Shown here: piece after piece, positions 1 to 14,400 of the stretch
Numbering within the stretch: position 1 is the first letter of the stretch
How the letters are laid out: the number at the start of each line of letters is the position of its first letter
Made by a program: the position numbers and the translations under genes
NCBI GenBank assembly: GCA_964035545.1
Contig: OZ037769.1
Coordinates: forward strand, 3,391,929-3,455,928
Length of the DNA stretch: 64,000 nt
Direction: 5' to 3'
From: Bugula neritina
Lineage: Eukaryota; Animalia; Bryozoa
Notes under the pieces: model-generated
Told to the model about the DNA's origin: nothing
What the model saw: only the letters and a program-made list of their open reading frames with translations
The model's database searches: none

Positions 1-385
1 TAGAAGTAGGAGTGCTGCGGAGTCTGTGGATGATGAAGTGCTGGAAAATGGTGAGCAGGGGAGATAAATCTCAATATCAAAAAGCATTTCGTTGACTCTA
101 TTACATATAATATATACTTAGATTCACCATCAAATAATTCTTAGATTGGTTTATAGTAAACTATTATAGCTAAAAATACTCTTTGTGACTCCTAATGCTT
201 CATCTTAAATTGTAGAGAAAAATCTTCCCACTGAAATCATCAACAGAATACAGCTGATGTCTGGCAGCCTAACAGACACTGACTTAGCCACATCCACAGA
301 CCGACCACCCAGCAGCAGGTTGGGCTCAGCTAGGTTTCAGGTGCTGCCGCCAATTGCTGACAAACCTACTGGAATGGCTGCCTGA
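1..385 (+). CDS. 3' end of an unidentified gene (last two exons, <1-50 and 216-385)
   Basis: GTGAG donor at 51 and TGTAG acceptor ending at 215 join in frame: ...DDEVLENEKNLPTEIINRIQLMSGSLTDTDLATSTDRPPSSRLGSARFQVLPPIADKPTGMAA*. No family recognised. Confidence 0.6.
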
Positions 386-831
386 GAACGCTGACAGAAT
401 GAAATGTATTCATTTATCCAAAAAATATATGTAGTTTTTACAAACAGAACTAATAGCTGAAAAGTCGCTAAAGATTACTAGCGTTGAGGAGCAAAAGTTT
501 TCGTGTTAATTTTCTTATTACCAGAGATTGGTGACTGATTTACAGTTAGAGATATTTATTGATTGTTAACATATTAATATGACAATACAATTATTCTATT
601 TTTAAAAAAATTCAATAATAAAAATATAAAAACGTGATTATTATATATAAAATAAACTTATTACACAGCTTGATCTAAACAGGTATCTGCTTACTGTAAC
701 ACTAGTAATAAAATTGTTAGTACACACAAATCTATTTCATAACAGTTATGACCGCAAGATTTTCAATAATTCTAAACTTGAGTCACTATATTATATTAAG
801 CAACTGACACACCGATGCATTAAATGCAGGA

Positions 832-2754
<1,923 letters not shown>

Positions 2755-3694
2755 AATTATGAGAGTCAGGGTGGTGAGAAAATAATTATGATGGATATCA
2801 GAAATCCCCAAGAGTGTACTTGTACTTGTAGTGTAGGTAGTTGAAAATATTTACTTTTGGGATTAGTATAGTTTCAATTAATAACGTTAAACCGCAACTA
2901 TTAATATAATTATAAGTATAAGCATTAGATTTAGTATAACCACAACCCGTGTCGTTAAAATCGAGCTTTAGATTGAAATCTTCTAGAGTCTAACTCTAAG
3001 CCCTAAGATAAAGCGGTTAAGGTGAGACAAAGTAGGTGAAAAATAAGCCCCACAGTGACAATTACAAAGTGAATGCAATGTCAAACTAAATGACACCAAT
3101 TATTAATAATTAATAGTCCTAATTTTAACGTTAATGTCAATTATTCACTTTTAGTTTCAGTCAATCTCAGTCACAAACGTCAATTGTGCAGCGCTGGGAT
3201 AAATATATTACCAGTACGCCGTACGGGTACTAGTTGAACGCATTAGCTTTACACTCACTATTCAATTTCCGTAAACTACCTGTCGTAGTGTTATTTTGGT
3301 TGACCAAGTGCAAAGTATGCAAATATAAAACTAATTTGTCTGCAAAGCATTGAATTCGATAGAGTCTAACAATTTACTTAGGGGCAAGAGAGAGCGAGTC
3401 GTTTGCAGAACGGAACCTGTCAAGGAGAATAATATATGCTCACAGACAGCCGTCAAAATGTATTATGCAATTGCAAAATTATGTCATTTTTGACAATTTA
3501 AATTGAAAATAATTGTTTCAAGATAAAATAATAAAAATTTACTAAATGACTACACTTGGTTTCAAAGTAATTCACTATCTGTAGACAATTATCTCGAAAT
3601 AATCACACACAACTTTGTTTCCGGTATTAATTCAAACGTTGGCACCCGTTGGCAAGTAAATGAACAGTTCTGACAAGTCTCACTCACTTTAACA

Positions 3695-6600
3695 ATGTCG
3701 GGGAAGCTGAAGCAAAGAAACGCTACTAATTCATCAGATGCTTCCACAACTACCGTGAATGAAAAAATATTAAAAGAATGTCATTCATTGTATATTGAAA
3801 GCGAAAAAGGTTAGTGTTAAATTTGCTAGTGTTACACCTGCAGCTACGCCTACTGTCTTGTACTTTCAGTTTCACTTTGAGTTTGTGACTTTCAGTTTCA
3901 CTTTGGCTTTGCCGGTTTACCCTTTTACTTTGATTTTTGCTAAATTTGATAGTAATAGAATTATAATTATAGTTATACACTTACAATGGTACTATAAATA
4001 TAAGTCTATTGACACAACTTGAACATCTACTTAAAGTTAAACAAATCTTACACTGTCACTGTGAGTGAGGCACTCTTATAGTTATACTAATAGTAAATGT
4101 AATACTTATAGTTAAAGTTATAATCAATGTCATGAGTATTCCTAGGTGTTCGATATCGTCAAAGGTCAATTCAAATATTACCCTCACTCTGTATTTTTAA
4201 TGTTTATTCATTTTGATATTCACATTGACATTGTTATAATCTTATTATTAAAAATTAATGTTTGTTAGGATCATTACTAGTATTAAAATATAACTTTAAT
4301 TTTATAGAGTACAATTAACATTACATTAAAACATTTCAGATTTACATTCACTTTGTCAGTTCGAGTTTGCGTTTGTCTAAGTTAGTGTTACTCGCTGATC
4401 ATTTTGTCTAAAACCTCAATTTGAATATTTTTTGCAGGTTTAGTAAAAACTGCTAAGGATTTAGGATTGAATTTATTGGCTCCTCGGAAAAAGATTACAG
4501 TTTTATTGATAGGCAATCACTCAGCTGGAAAAAGCTCATTTATAAATTGGTAATTGATAATGAGTGTTTCCGATTTGTTGGTAGTCACTGAGACTATTTT
4601 AACTGCAAAGCTTTATGACTTGTCTAAGTTTTATTAGTACCGAGTTTATTACAAGTTTTTTATGAAATGTTCAAGTTTCTATCGTTTATGTTTGATGTTT
4701 TGGCTATTTGTTGTTCATCAATTGCATATAACAAATACATCTAATATAGTTGCATATGATAATGCAAATGTATAATATGCCGATATAGATAGAAAATAAA
4801 TGTGTTTTGGAAGTTCTAGGTACACGAATTATCTACTTTTCATAAATATGTTAGCTTTGTTGGCTTGTGTATGTGTAAAGTTAATGTAGTTAGATGTTGT
4901 AAGGTTATAGTGTGCTGTTTTCAAAAGTATTTTTCTTGAGTAGTCACAAGTGTAGTATATTATTTATTTTAAATTTATCAAAATGTTTTTCATATCCTTA
5001 TATTATAAGGTTTATCTCAAGTGGTTGTACTGCTTTACAGTTAATATCTTTATTAGATATACAGTAATGCCTGTGCCTGTACAAAGCTAGCTTCTCTCTG
5101 TATGCAGGTATGTTGAGGAACATGTGCAGAGGACTGGAGTTGCCATAGAAACGCAAGGGTTCACCTTTGTTACCAGTGGCAGGAAAAGAGAGTCTCTCAC
5201 TGTGAGTAGACATTTATCCGTGTAACTGCTTGTAACCCCGTAATTCGTTTACTTTTTTAATTCCTGCTAGAATGTATTTGTATGATTGGCCCCTTTTAGC
5301 ACAGGAAAATTACACTTGAGTGGGTAAATGAATGATCAACCATTTGTTAAACTATAAACATTTTTACTTTTACTTCAGTTTAAGTTTATTTTTAAAAATC
5401 TAATTGATCATTTTAGGGAAATGCCACTCTACATTTGTATCCCCACTTTGAGCCACTCAGACAAACAGAAGGTATGCATTATTATATAAGTATGTCTGAG
5501 TAGTACCATCTGTTCATTTTAGCCAATACAATCACATTATCCAACAGATGTTACAACTAGGAACTTTGACTAGCTTCTTCTCCAGTCTGTCAATCACAGC
5601 ATACATCCTGCATATAACCCGATGTGTGCTGTATTGTAGGTGTTACTGACTATCTCACCACCGAGATAAGCACGTCGAAGCAGAAGAAGTTCAGTCTGGT
5701 GACATTTGTTGACACGCCGGGTCTGGTAGATGGTGACATGAAGTATCCTTTTGATGTCAACCAAGCCATCCTCTGGCTGGGTAAGGTCTTGTCACATGGT
5801 CTTAGCTCTATGTTTTCTCCTCAGTCTCTATCAATACAGAAGAAACAAACAGTTTTATTCAATTTCTTACTCTTTATAGACCCATACCTTGCAAGTCGTA
5901 AATACATTGCCAATTTAACATCATTTTTCATATATTACACACACACACACACACATACATACACACTACTGTATATTCTGCTCTCACAAAGGGAAGTTTG
6001 GTAATGACCATTTATTGTATCATTATGTATTCACTGTGTGGCATTAATGGTTGGTGTCCGAAGATGTTTCTGCTAGACTTTCTTGAGTGATACACATACT
6101 CTTTTATTTGCTCTTAGGTGACCTCGCTGACCTGATATTTGTTTTCTTCGACCCCATTGGACAAGCCCTTTGCAAGAGAACACTGAATGTGGTCGAGGAG
6201 TTGTCTGCTAAACATGCGGATAGAATGAGGTTCTACCTTAGCAAGGTAATAATGCCCAGACCATCACTAGAACTTAGTCTTTGGAAATTATTTAATATGA
6301 AATAATGGTTTGATATTGACTTAGCATTACAATGTGAAATCCTGCTAAAGTTTCAACTCACTCTTAAATTTTAATTTAGAAAATCTTACACAAAATTTTG
6401 ATATAAATTTGGCATTTCAATACAATAGAGGTAAAATTTGAAGGAAGTGGGTCATTTTACTTAATTTAGTACACACTGGATATCTTCAGTTTTTAGCTAT
6501 TTTTCACAATTTAACTGCTAATGGACATGGGTTTTTGGCCAGAACTAGTAAAACACCAATGAATACACCTAAATAATCAAAGTTCTTTTTAATTTTGCTT

Positions 6601-9376
6601 CATTTCCCATGTTTTTTCCTAATTATTCAGCTACTTTTCGTAACAGTCCGCACTCCTAATGATCACCTTTCACCGCCGTGGTCCGAACTCCTAATAAGCT
6701 AAATATATAAGAAAAACATGGGAAATCAAGCAAAATTATGAAGAAGCTTAATTGTTCTGGTGTATTTATTGGTGCTTTACTAGTTTTGGCCAAAAAGCCA
6801 TGTTCATTACCAGCTAGATTGTGAAAAATAGCTAAACACTGAAGATATCCAGTGTGTACTAAATTAAGTAAAATGATTCAAGTCCTAGCACTATAAGGTC
6901 TCTATGATATTCTGTCACACATCACAAGCACCTGTAATATTCTGTCGCATCACAAGCACCTGTAATATTGACAGGCTGATGAGGCCGGCCATGAGAGTGA
7001 CCGTCAAAGAGTGATGATGCAGATAGTTCAGGAGTTGTGTAAGAGGCCAGGACTCAACAGAACCGGCTTTGATATGCCCACCATATTCGTTCCCAGTCAG
7101 AGCAGTAAAGTGAGTATATAGTCACAGTATTAGTGAGTACACAGTCACACTGTTGGTGAGTACACAGTCACAGTATTAGTGAGTACACAGTCACAGTAAT
7201 AGTGAGTACCCAGTCACAGTATTAGTGAGTACACAGTCACAGTATTAGTGAGTACACACTCACAGTGTTGGTTAGTACACAGTCACAGTGTTGGTGAGTA
7301 CACAGTCACAGTGTTGGTAAGTATATAGTCACAGTGTTGGTGAGTACACAGTCACAGTATTAGTGGGTACACAGTCACAGTGTTGGTGAGTACACAGTCA
7401 CAGTGTTGGTGAGTACACAGTCACAGTGTTGGTGAGTATACAGTCAGAGGAGATTTGTATAGCATATAGTCTTTTACCTGTCTCTGTAGGCTAGCCGATG
7501 TGCCAATCAGATTGAAGAGGTTTGTAAGGACATAGAGAAGACTATTAACCAGACTATTCAGAACACGCTGAACTCTCTAGAGAAAGACTGTGACAAAGTC
7601 ATCTCTCTCATAGATGAGAAAGTCAACCAGGACAAGTAGGTGGAGATAACTACATATAATGCAAATCATTTTCATCCAAAACAGTTTTTAACTTTGATAA
7701 TCTCTCTAGACTGAATAGTTGTGTAGTTGTGTGCCACTAAAAGGTGCTAGAGTATCGGTGGATATCAGGACATTCATTGTAAGATACCTGTCAGCAAAAT
7801 ATCTCTCTGAGAATAATAGTATCGTATGCTTAATACGTCTGCAACTTGTGTTACGCGCTTCCGTTGTCACTATGTACTCTTACTATGTACTAATACTGTA
7901 TACTATGTACTGTATACTCTGTACTGTATACTCTGTACTGATACTATGTACTGTATACTATGTACTGTATACTATGTACTGTATACTCTGTACCGTATAC
8001 TCTGTACTGTATACTCTGTACTGTATACTATGCACTGTATACTATGTACTGTATACTATGTACTGTATACTCTGTACTGTATACTCTGTACTCGTACTCT
8101 GTACTGTATACTCTGTACTCGTACTCTGTACTGTATACTCTGTACTGTATACTCTGTACTGATACTATGTACTGTATACTCTGTACTGTATACTCTGTAC
8201 TGTATACTCTGTACTGTATACTCTGTACTGTATACTCTGTACTGTATACACCGTGTACTGTATACACCGCGTACTGTATACACTGTGTACTGTGACATGT
8301 TCTTGCAGTCTCAACAGCTCATACAACTTCTCCGCCACTAGTAAAGGCGTCTTCCTCACTATTCTGGGAGTGTTGCTGCCGGTTCTCCTGCTTGTTGGCT
8401 TCCTGACGAGCAGCGCGTCTGAGCAGATACTGGAGTCAGCACTGGGCGACAGCATGACAGCCACCCTCAACACTTACATGGTACATACTCTGTGTTATCT
8501 ATCAACACTTACATGGTACATACTCTCTCTGTAGACAACACTAAAGTAAATTTTTTTAGTCAGTTAAAATCTCATGAATGCATGTAAAATTTATCTCTTG
8601 TGTTACCAAATCCAATATGTTGCTTATGTCAAGGTGACTATTTTCCCGGCAGCATATTTTGATAAGTCAGCTGTTTGCTGCCATGCTAATAACATTTACA
8701 CTCAACAAACTGATGATTTAGTTATGTAGTATGGGTAGTTGTCCTTCCATACATGTGTTGGAATACTTATGTACACATTGATTGTAGGCACCTGTGAAAG
8801 TCCTGTGGGCGAATATACCGTCAGATTATCATTGGCATGTCTTAGCTGTGTGCCTCCTCCTCTCTCTAGTGTTTCTGGGGCTGGCCAAGTATATGTCCAG
8901 GTTGGTGTTGTTTTCTATGAGTCCAGCCATTGGACCTTTGTTGTAGTTGTGCTCTCTCTCTCTCTCTGCGCATTGTATTTCACTTTCTCTAATTGTTAAT
9001 GCTAAGTTTAAGCCTGAAACTAGTTTCCTGAGTAGTAATTTAATAATTATATGGTTTCTTCATTGAGCATCTGCTTTACTAGTTGATAACCAACAAGTTG
9101 CTCAACCGTTTACTTCAGATTCTCTAATTAACTCTGTTTGAAACAAGTAAAACAAAAGCTATTTAATTTTACCAGAAAGTACAGGGAACGCAATCAATGT
9201 AACAGTCTACTTAAATTTACTAGTACTACTTGTACTGGTACTACTACTACTTGTACTAGCACTACTACTACTACTGGTACTACTAGTGCTAGAGCTATTA
9301 CTACTACTACTGGCACTACTAGTGCTAGAGCTATTACTACTACTGCTACTAGAGCTAGTACTACTATTACTACTGG

Positions 9377-9426
<50 letters not shown>

Positions 9427-9676
9427 GTACTGGTACTACTACTGCTACTAGTGCTAGTATTAGTACTGCAGCTCTGACTTTCATGCCCCCACCCCCCCCC
9501 CCTCCCCCTGTATTTTAAACTGTATGTATATCCACAGGTTGCGCCCTCGCCTCACTCGTAAACAGAGGAGATTACTCGCTGATCAGAGGGTCTACGTCCA
9601 CGACGTCATCAAGTCTCGGAAACAGGGCCTCTACAGCGAATACCTCAAGCAAAGTGTCGTCGATCATGATTTGTAG
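3695..9676 (+). CDS. Uncharacterised EHD/dynamin-like P-loop NTPase with two C-terminal TM helices, about 11 exons (approx. 3695-3809, 4438-4549, 5108-5201, 5417-5471, 5640-5781, 6118-6245, 6975-7109, 7490-7635, 8309-8480, 8788-8900, 9538-9676)
   Basis: G1 GNHSAGKSS, G2-like ETQGF, G3 DTPG, G4-like SKAD, a helical region, then hydrophobic GVFLTILGVLLPVLLLVGFL and HVLAVCLLLSLVFLGLA. Ends ...YLKQSVVDHDL*. Exons join in frame. Confidence 0.85.
6452..6876. mobile_element. Foldback/MITE-like element with about 185-bp imperfect inverted arms (intronic)
   Basis: TCATTTTACTTAATTTAGTACACACTGGATATCTTCAGT... is mirrored by ...ACTGAAGATATCCAGTGTGTACTAAATTAAGTAAAATGA. The spacer has a short direct repeat GTCCG(C/A)ACTCCTAAT. 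Confidence 0.75.
7110..7447 (+). repeat. 23-bp minisatellite beginning at a splice donor
   Basis: About 14-15 copies of GTGAGTACACAGTCACAGT(G/A)TT(G/A). Confidence 0.9.
7878..8292. repeat. 14-bp minisatellite (TGTACTGTATACT[C/A])n, intronic
   Basis: Direct tandem copies. They account for the overlapping low-complexity ORFs at 7719-8473. Confidence 0.9.
9218..9468. repeat. (ACT)n-based microsatellite, intronic
   Basis: Degenerate CTA/ACT triplets giving poly-T, poly-V and poly-L pseudo-ORFs. Confidence 0.9.
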
Positions 9677-11493
9677 CTTTACAATAGAACTCTCACATTA
9701 TTTAGCCAGTTTATTTTATTTCTATTAGGCAATTCTATTAGTTTTATACGGCTCAAATTGAATTAGATTGATCTACTGATAAACAATTGGATTAATATAG
9801 TTGTTCATAGAAGTTTGATAATTTCTTGCCAAGTCACATATTGTAGTTAATTTCCTTGTCATTTTCAACTCGACTCACTATAGTTGTCTATTGATTGGAT
9901 AATTTTTCTCATCTATGTGCAATAAGTTGCAGTAACTCAATATATTGGTTCTCTGGACTTTCAATGGAGTTGTCATCTCATGACTTCTTGTTTATAATGA
10001 TAGTGTAATGTAAATAGTATTGTATGCTTGTGTAGTTTAAACTTCTTTCTGTTCCAGTAATCTTTCAACTATAAGAAATCAATGAATTTGTATATTTAAT
10101 AGAACTTTAATTATTTTCTTGCTCTGCTTTAGCCTCCACTTTCCTGTTTATTTTTTATGCCCACAAATTTTGGTGGCGCATGCTAAGATCTGTAATTTAA
10201 TTTGTGTATTTTTTCTGTTGAAACAAATTGATAAGAACAAACTGTATTTCTACTGGTGCTTCACTCTCATTGCTGTCAGTTCTTCATCCAAGTTTGCTAT
10301 GTATAACCTGCATGTGTATTTTATGATGTATTACTCTAGAAATTCCAAGCGTCTATCTATGACTACCATTTGTTTACAGTGTCGATCTTATATTTATTCA
10401 GAATAAAATTTATTACAATTGGGCACGACTACTTTTAAATTTGTTACACATTTTATGCAAAGTGTAAATAGTGTTTTTATGCAGCACTTATACATAATTG
10501 TTTACTAAATCAAATAAAATGAGTATAATACTTCAGTGGCTAGGTGTTGAAATTGCAGGATTGCATGCACTTTTATAAGTATTTCTATTCTAAAAGTATA
10601 TATCACTTAACAGCGTTTTAAAAGCTGCTCTCTTATAATATAAACAATACTTTTTAATGTCAGCAGCTTTAGCAAGTGTTGAGGGAAACTGCAGCTAAAA
10701 ATTGTCTTTAAAGAGAGTAGACGACTCCTCATAATAATGATATAAACCACAATGAAATGCGACATGCAGTTTTATCACACATGTGTTCTTGTTGGGCCAA
10801 TCTATGTAATCATAAGAAATACTATTTGTGTGTTAAGTACTTTTAGTGGGTCTTAAAATGATATGTGCATTTGTGCATAAATATGGCATTATGAAGCTCA
10901 GCCAATCAAGTACAGTCATTTTTGATCATGCAAAACGTGCCGCCTTAAATTTTCACTAGATTTTTTAAACCAATAACCACCCAAAACTAACATGTTTTTA
11001 CAAAAACATCTCTATGAGTGCATGGACACACCTTTACCAACATTAAGATCCTAACAAATATCCATTGTATTATTTATAACGTTACATTATGTATTGCAAA
11101 AGTTGCATAGAGTAGATGAACTGAGGTATGATTAACTTAGGGCTATCTCGTTAATTGTCTGACACAATTTCGAAACCAAGTATATATGGTATGAATATTG
11201 TTGTAGGATAGACCTCAAATAATGCTTTCATTAAAAATATCTCAATTACACCTATATAGATTTACTGAAGCAGTTCGGCCTATTGTTCATTCAGTTTTCT
11301 TTTCAAAACGAGTATTGATTGTTGACTGTATAGAGTTGAATAACTGGCTCTTGATTGGTCGCAAGACAGAATGAATTTCATGCACTAGCATCTGCGAGCC
11401 CCACCTAGCCGTTGACTACTTACACTCGCTAGTGTCTACTTTAATCAGACAATTTAGCAGCAGCTGCTGGGTATATGAAGTTGCAGTCACAAA

Positions 11494-14400
11494 ATGATTG
11501 ATTCGAGATGGAGAAATATAGCTACTGTGGTTACCAGTGTCATACTTATGTTGTTCGGTAAGTTACATTGTTATTTCCACACCCCATTTTTACTAGTTCT
11601 ACTGGTAGAAACGGATTGTAGATAAACTAAATCAATTCTAATAGTAGTTTGTGATTCATTTGCTAGTAAGGTGTAGAACATCTCATAAAACTTTTGCCCC
11701 TACTGGGATTCGAACCCAAGACCTCCGGCTCTTGCAAGCAGGTGTGCTGAACATTACACCACAGGGACTACTGGGTAAACTCAACACTACACATCTTTCA
11801 TAGCTAAACCTAGCTGGTCTGTACCTCTTGAAGCTCAAATCTGTATCCTTGCTTTGCATGGAAACCTTTACCCCAACTTTAATTCGAATCAAACTAAAAT
11901 ACTGGCTGCTTTCCAGAAAACATAAAGATTTTGCACAATTAATATATATAAATATAAGCTGTGAGATTCATAGTTTTCAACTAGTTGTAATGCTTTTGAT
12001 TTTTGACTTCTTTTTCATGTAAACAACTTAACTTTTTTTAAAACCTGAAAGTGTGTGGTTCATTCATCACAAATTACAAGATAACAATATAATAATAATG
12101 CAGTATATACTAATATATATACTAATATGTAATAAAACAATAATTGTGATATATAGTAATATATATAGTAATATATATAGTAATATATATAGTAATATAT
12201 ATAGTAATATATATAGTAATAGTACTGCACTTGGAAGTCAGACGTTTAACTAAGGTTTATAAAACTAAAACCCTGAGTGAGATGCTTTTAAACTTAAAAA
12301 TAAATTTTATTGGTAGTTATTAAATTAATTTTTCTGTTATTGTAATAAACCATTGCTATTTCATAATACTAAAACATATTTGAATAACTATAATCTAAGG
12401 ATATTACTTGGTATGCATATCATCAGTTTCCATACTTCACCACAAATCTTGCTGTTTGCTATCCCAAATAATGTGACTATTTTGTTCTAAAACTACGATT
12501 CATTGCTAATGTTAAAATATAATCAAGTTTGATTGATAAAAATAGGGACTCTATAAAAACCAACCAAATTAAACCACTTTCTTTTACCTGTGAAGAGAAG
12601 TTTTTTAAAAAATAGTCATCAGTTGCCATAACGATTTGGCATAACAACAATTGTTGCTCTGTATTTCAGTTATGGTCAAAGTAGTGTTAGCCTTGGCTCT
12701 GAACTTGAGATCAGATACATGGGTTGACCCAACTATCTCCAATGTTCCTGAGGTCACAAGGCTAATTACTGGAGTACTGATTCTTCTAGACAGCATTGTA
12801 AGTATAGCTGAAGTAAGAACTACGATAACATAATCGTTGTGAACATTTGAGAGTTTGCTTTAAATATCAAAAGTGTATTTATTTATGCTCCATCAGCTCA
12901 GCAAAGAAGATGATATAGAAATCTTATACATTCTGAATAACATTTAAAAAGTTAGGATTAAATTAGGTGTTGCACACTATATACCAAGGTTTTAAACCAT
13001 ATTTATAAAGGGAAAAGTAGGGGGTCTTACAATACCCTCCAACTTCTCACTCCTATAATGTGATGAAATAATACTAAACTTATACTATCTGAAATATTAA
13101 ACTTAAACCAGCAACCATTCCACTTTTCACATTTGCGTAAAAAATTTAGCTTCAGAAAAATTATATTATATTTGACTCCAGAAGACAGGGTTAAAGGTTA
13201 CTTCAAGACTAGGTTCAAAGGACAGTATATAATCACCGGCTTTCCATGTACCGATCTCAGATCGATCTCGCTGAGATCGATCTGAACATATCTCTCAGAT
13301 CGATCGTTTTTCCATGAGAAGTGTCAGATCGATCTCACGGAGTTGCCTCCTCTTAAGTGAAGAGTACTTTAATAATATAATTTGTTCACAAATCTGGATG
13401 ATTAAAGCTGCTGAGGTTAAAAAACAAGATTGTTGATGTCTAAAAATTAATGGTGCTTGTAAACAATACACAACAAAGCTTTTAGTGTAAAGTAATATAG
13501 CCAATTTAAGATAATAACTTTTAATTTTTTAGCTTAACAGCTTAAATAAAATTAATAGCTATCTTGCAGATTATTCATAAACTTACAGGATTGTTAAGCT
13601 TGAAATTACGCAGCAAATAACTAATGAAAGTAAGTTTTACTAGTCATTTAAATTCAATTTAAATGCTCCAATTTTTTGTAATTTCTACCGACTATACTTT
13701 TATATAATTGAGTTTTTTTAATCATAGTACTGAAAGTCAAAGTTTTGGCATCTGAAAATGTGGCTATCGTAATTATTAAGTAATTTGCTTAGTAATTATC
13801 AATAAGTTATCATTTTTATCAGCGGACAACATTTTAGCGAACAGTCTTTTTCTACTTCTCAGATCGATCTCACTGAGATCGATCTGAGTTCGAGCTCTAC
13901 AGACCGACCAGCTCAGAACGACTGAGATCGATCTTTGACATCTTTCCATGGATCGATCTCGCTGAGATCGGTACATGGAAAGCCGGTGAATGGGTTATAT
14001 ATTAAATAGCTTTGTCCATAAGAAGATGTAATTAAAGTTGTATTTACATTTAAAATAAATGAGATTACTGAGTGTAGAGTTTAGATAATGTACTAAATAT
14101 AACTGTAATTATCACATATGTTCTCTGATAGATTACGCCCTGGGCTAGAAGTGTGTCATAGTGGTCAGGAATTTAATTACTGGTTTTATTTTTTATATAA
14201 TAATACATTAAATGTAATATATTATAATTTATATATATAATGTATTATATCTATAGTATTTTATGTATAGCATTTTATATGCAATATATGATATAAAATA
14301 TATCATATATAATATATAATATATGGAATATAACATATTATCATACATAACATAAAAATATAATCTGTCATATAATATATACATTATATTTTATATAATA

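Noticed and set aside
7719-8298. Multiple overlapping 80-170 aa ORFs
   Set aside because: Products of a 14-bp intronic minisatellite.
9138-9518. Thr-rich mucin-like, poly-Val and poly-Leu ORFs
   Set aside because: (ACT)n microsatellite within an intron of a gene whose flanking exons join in frame.
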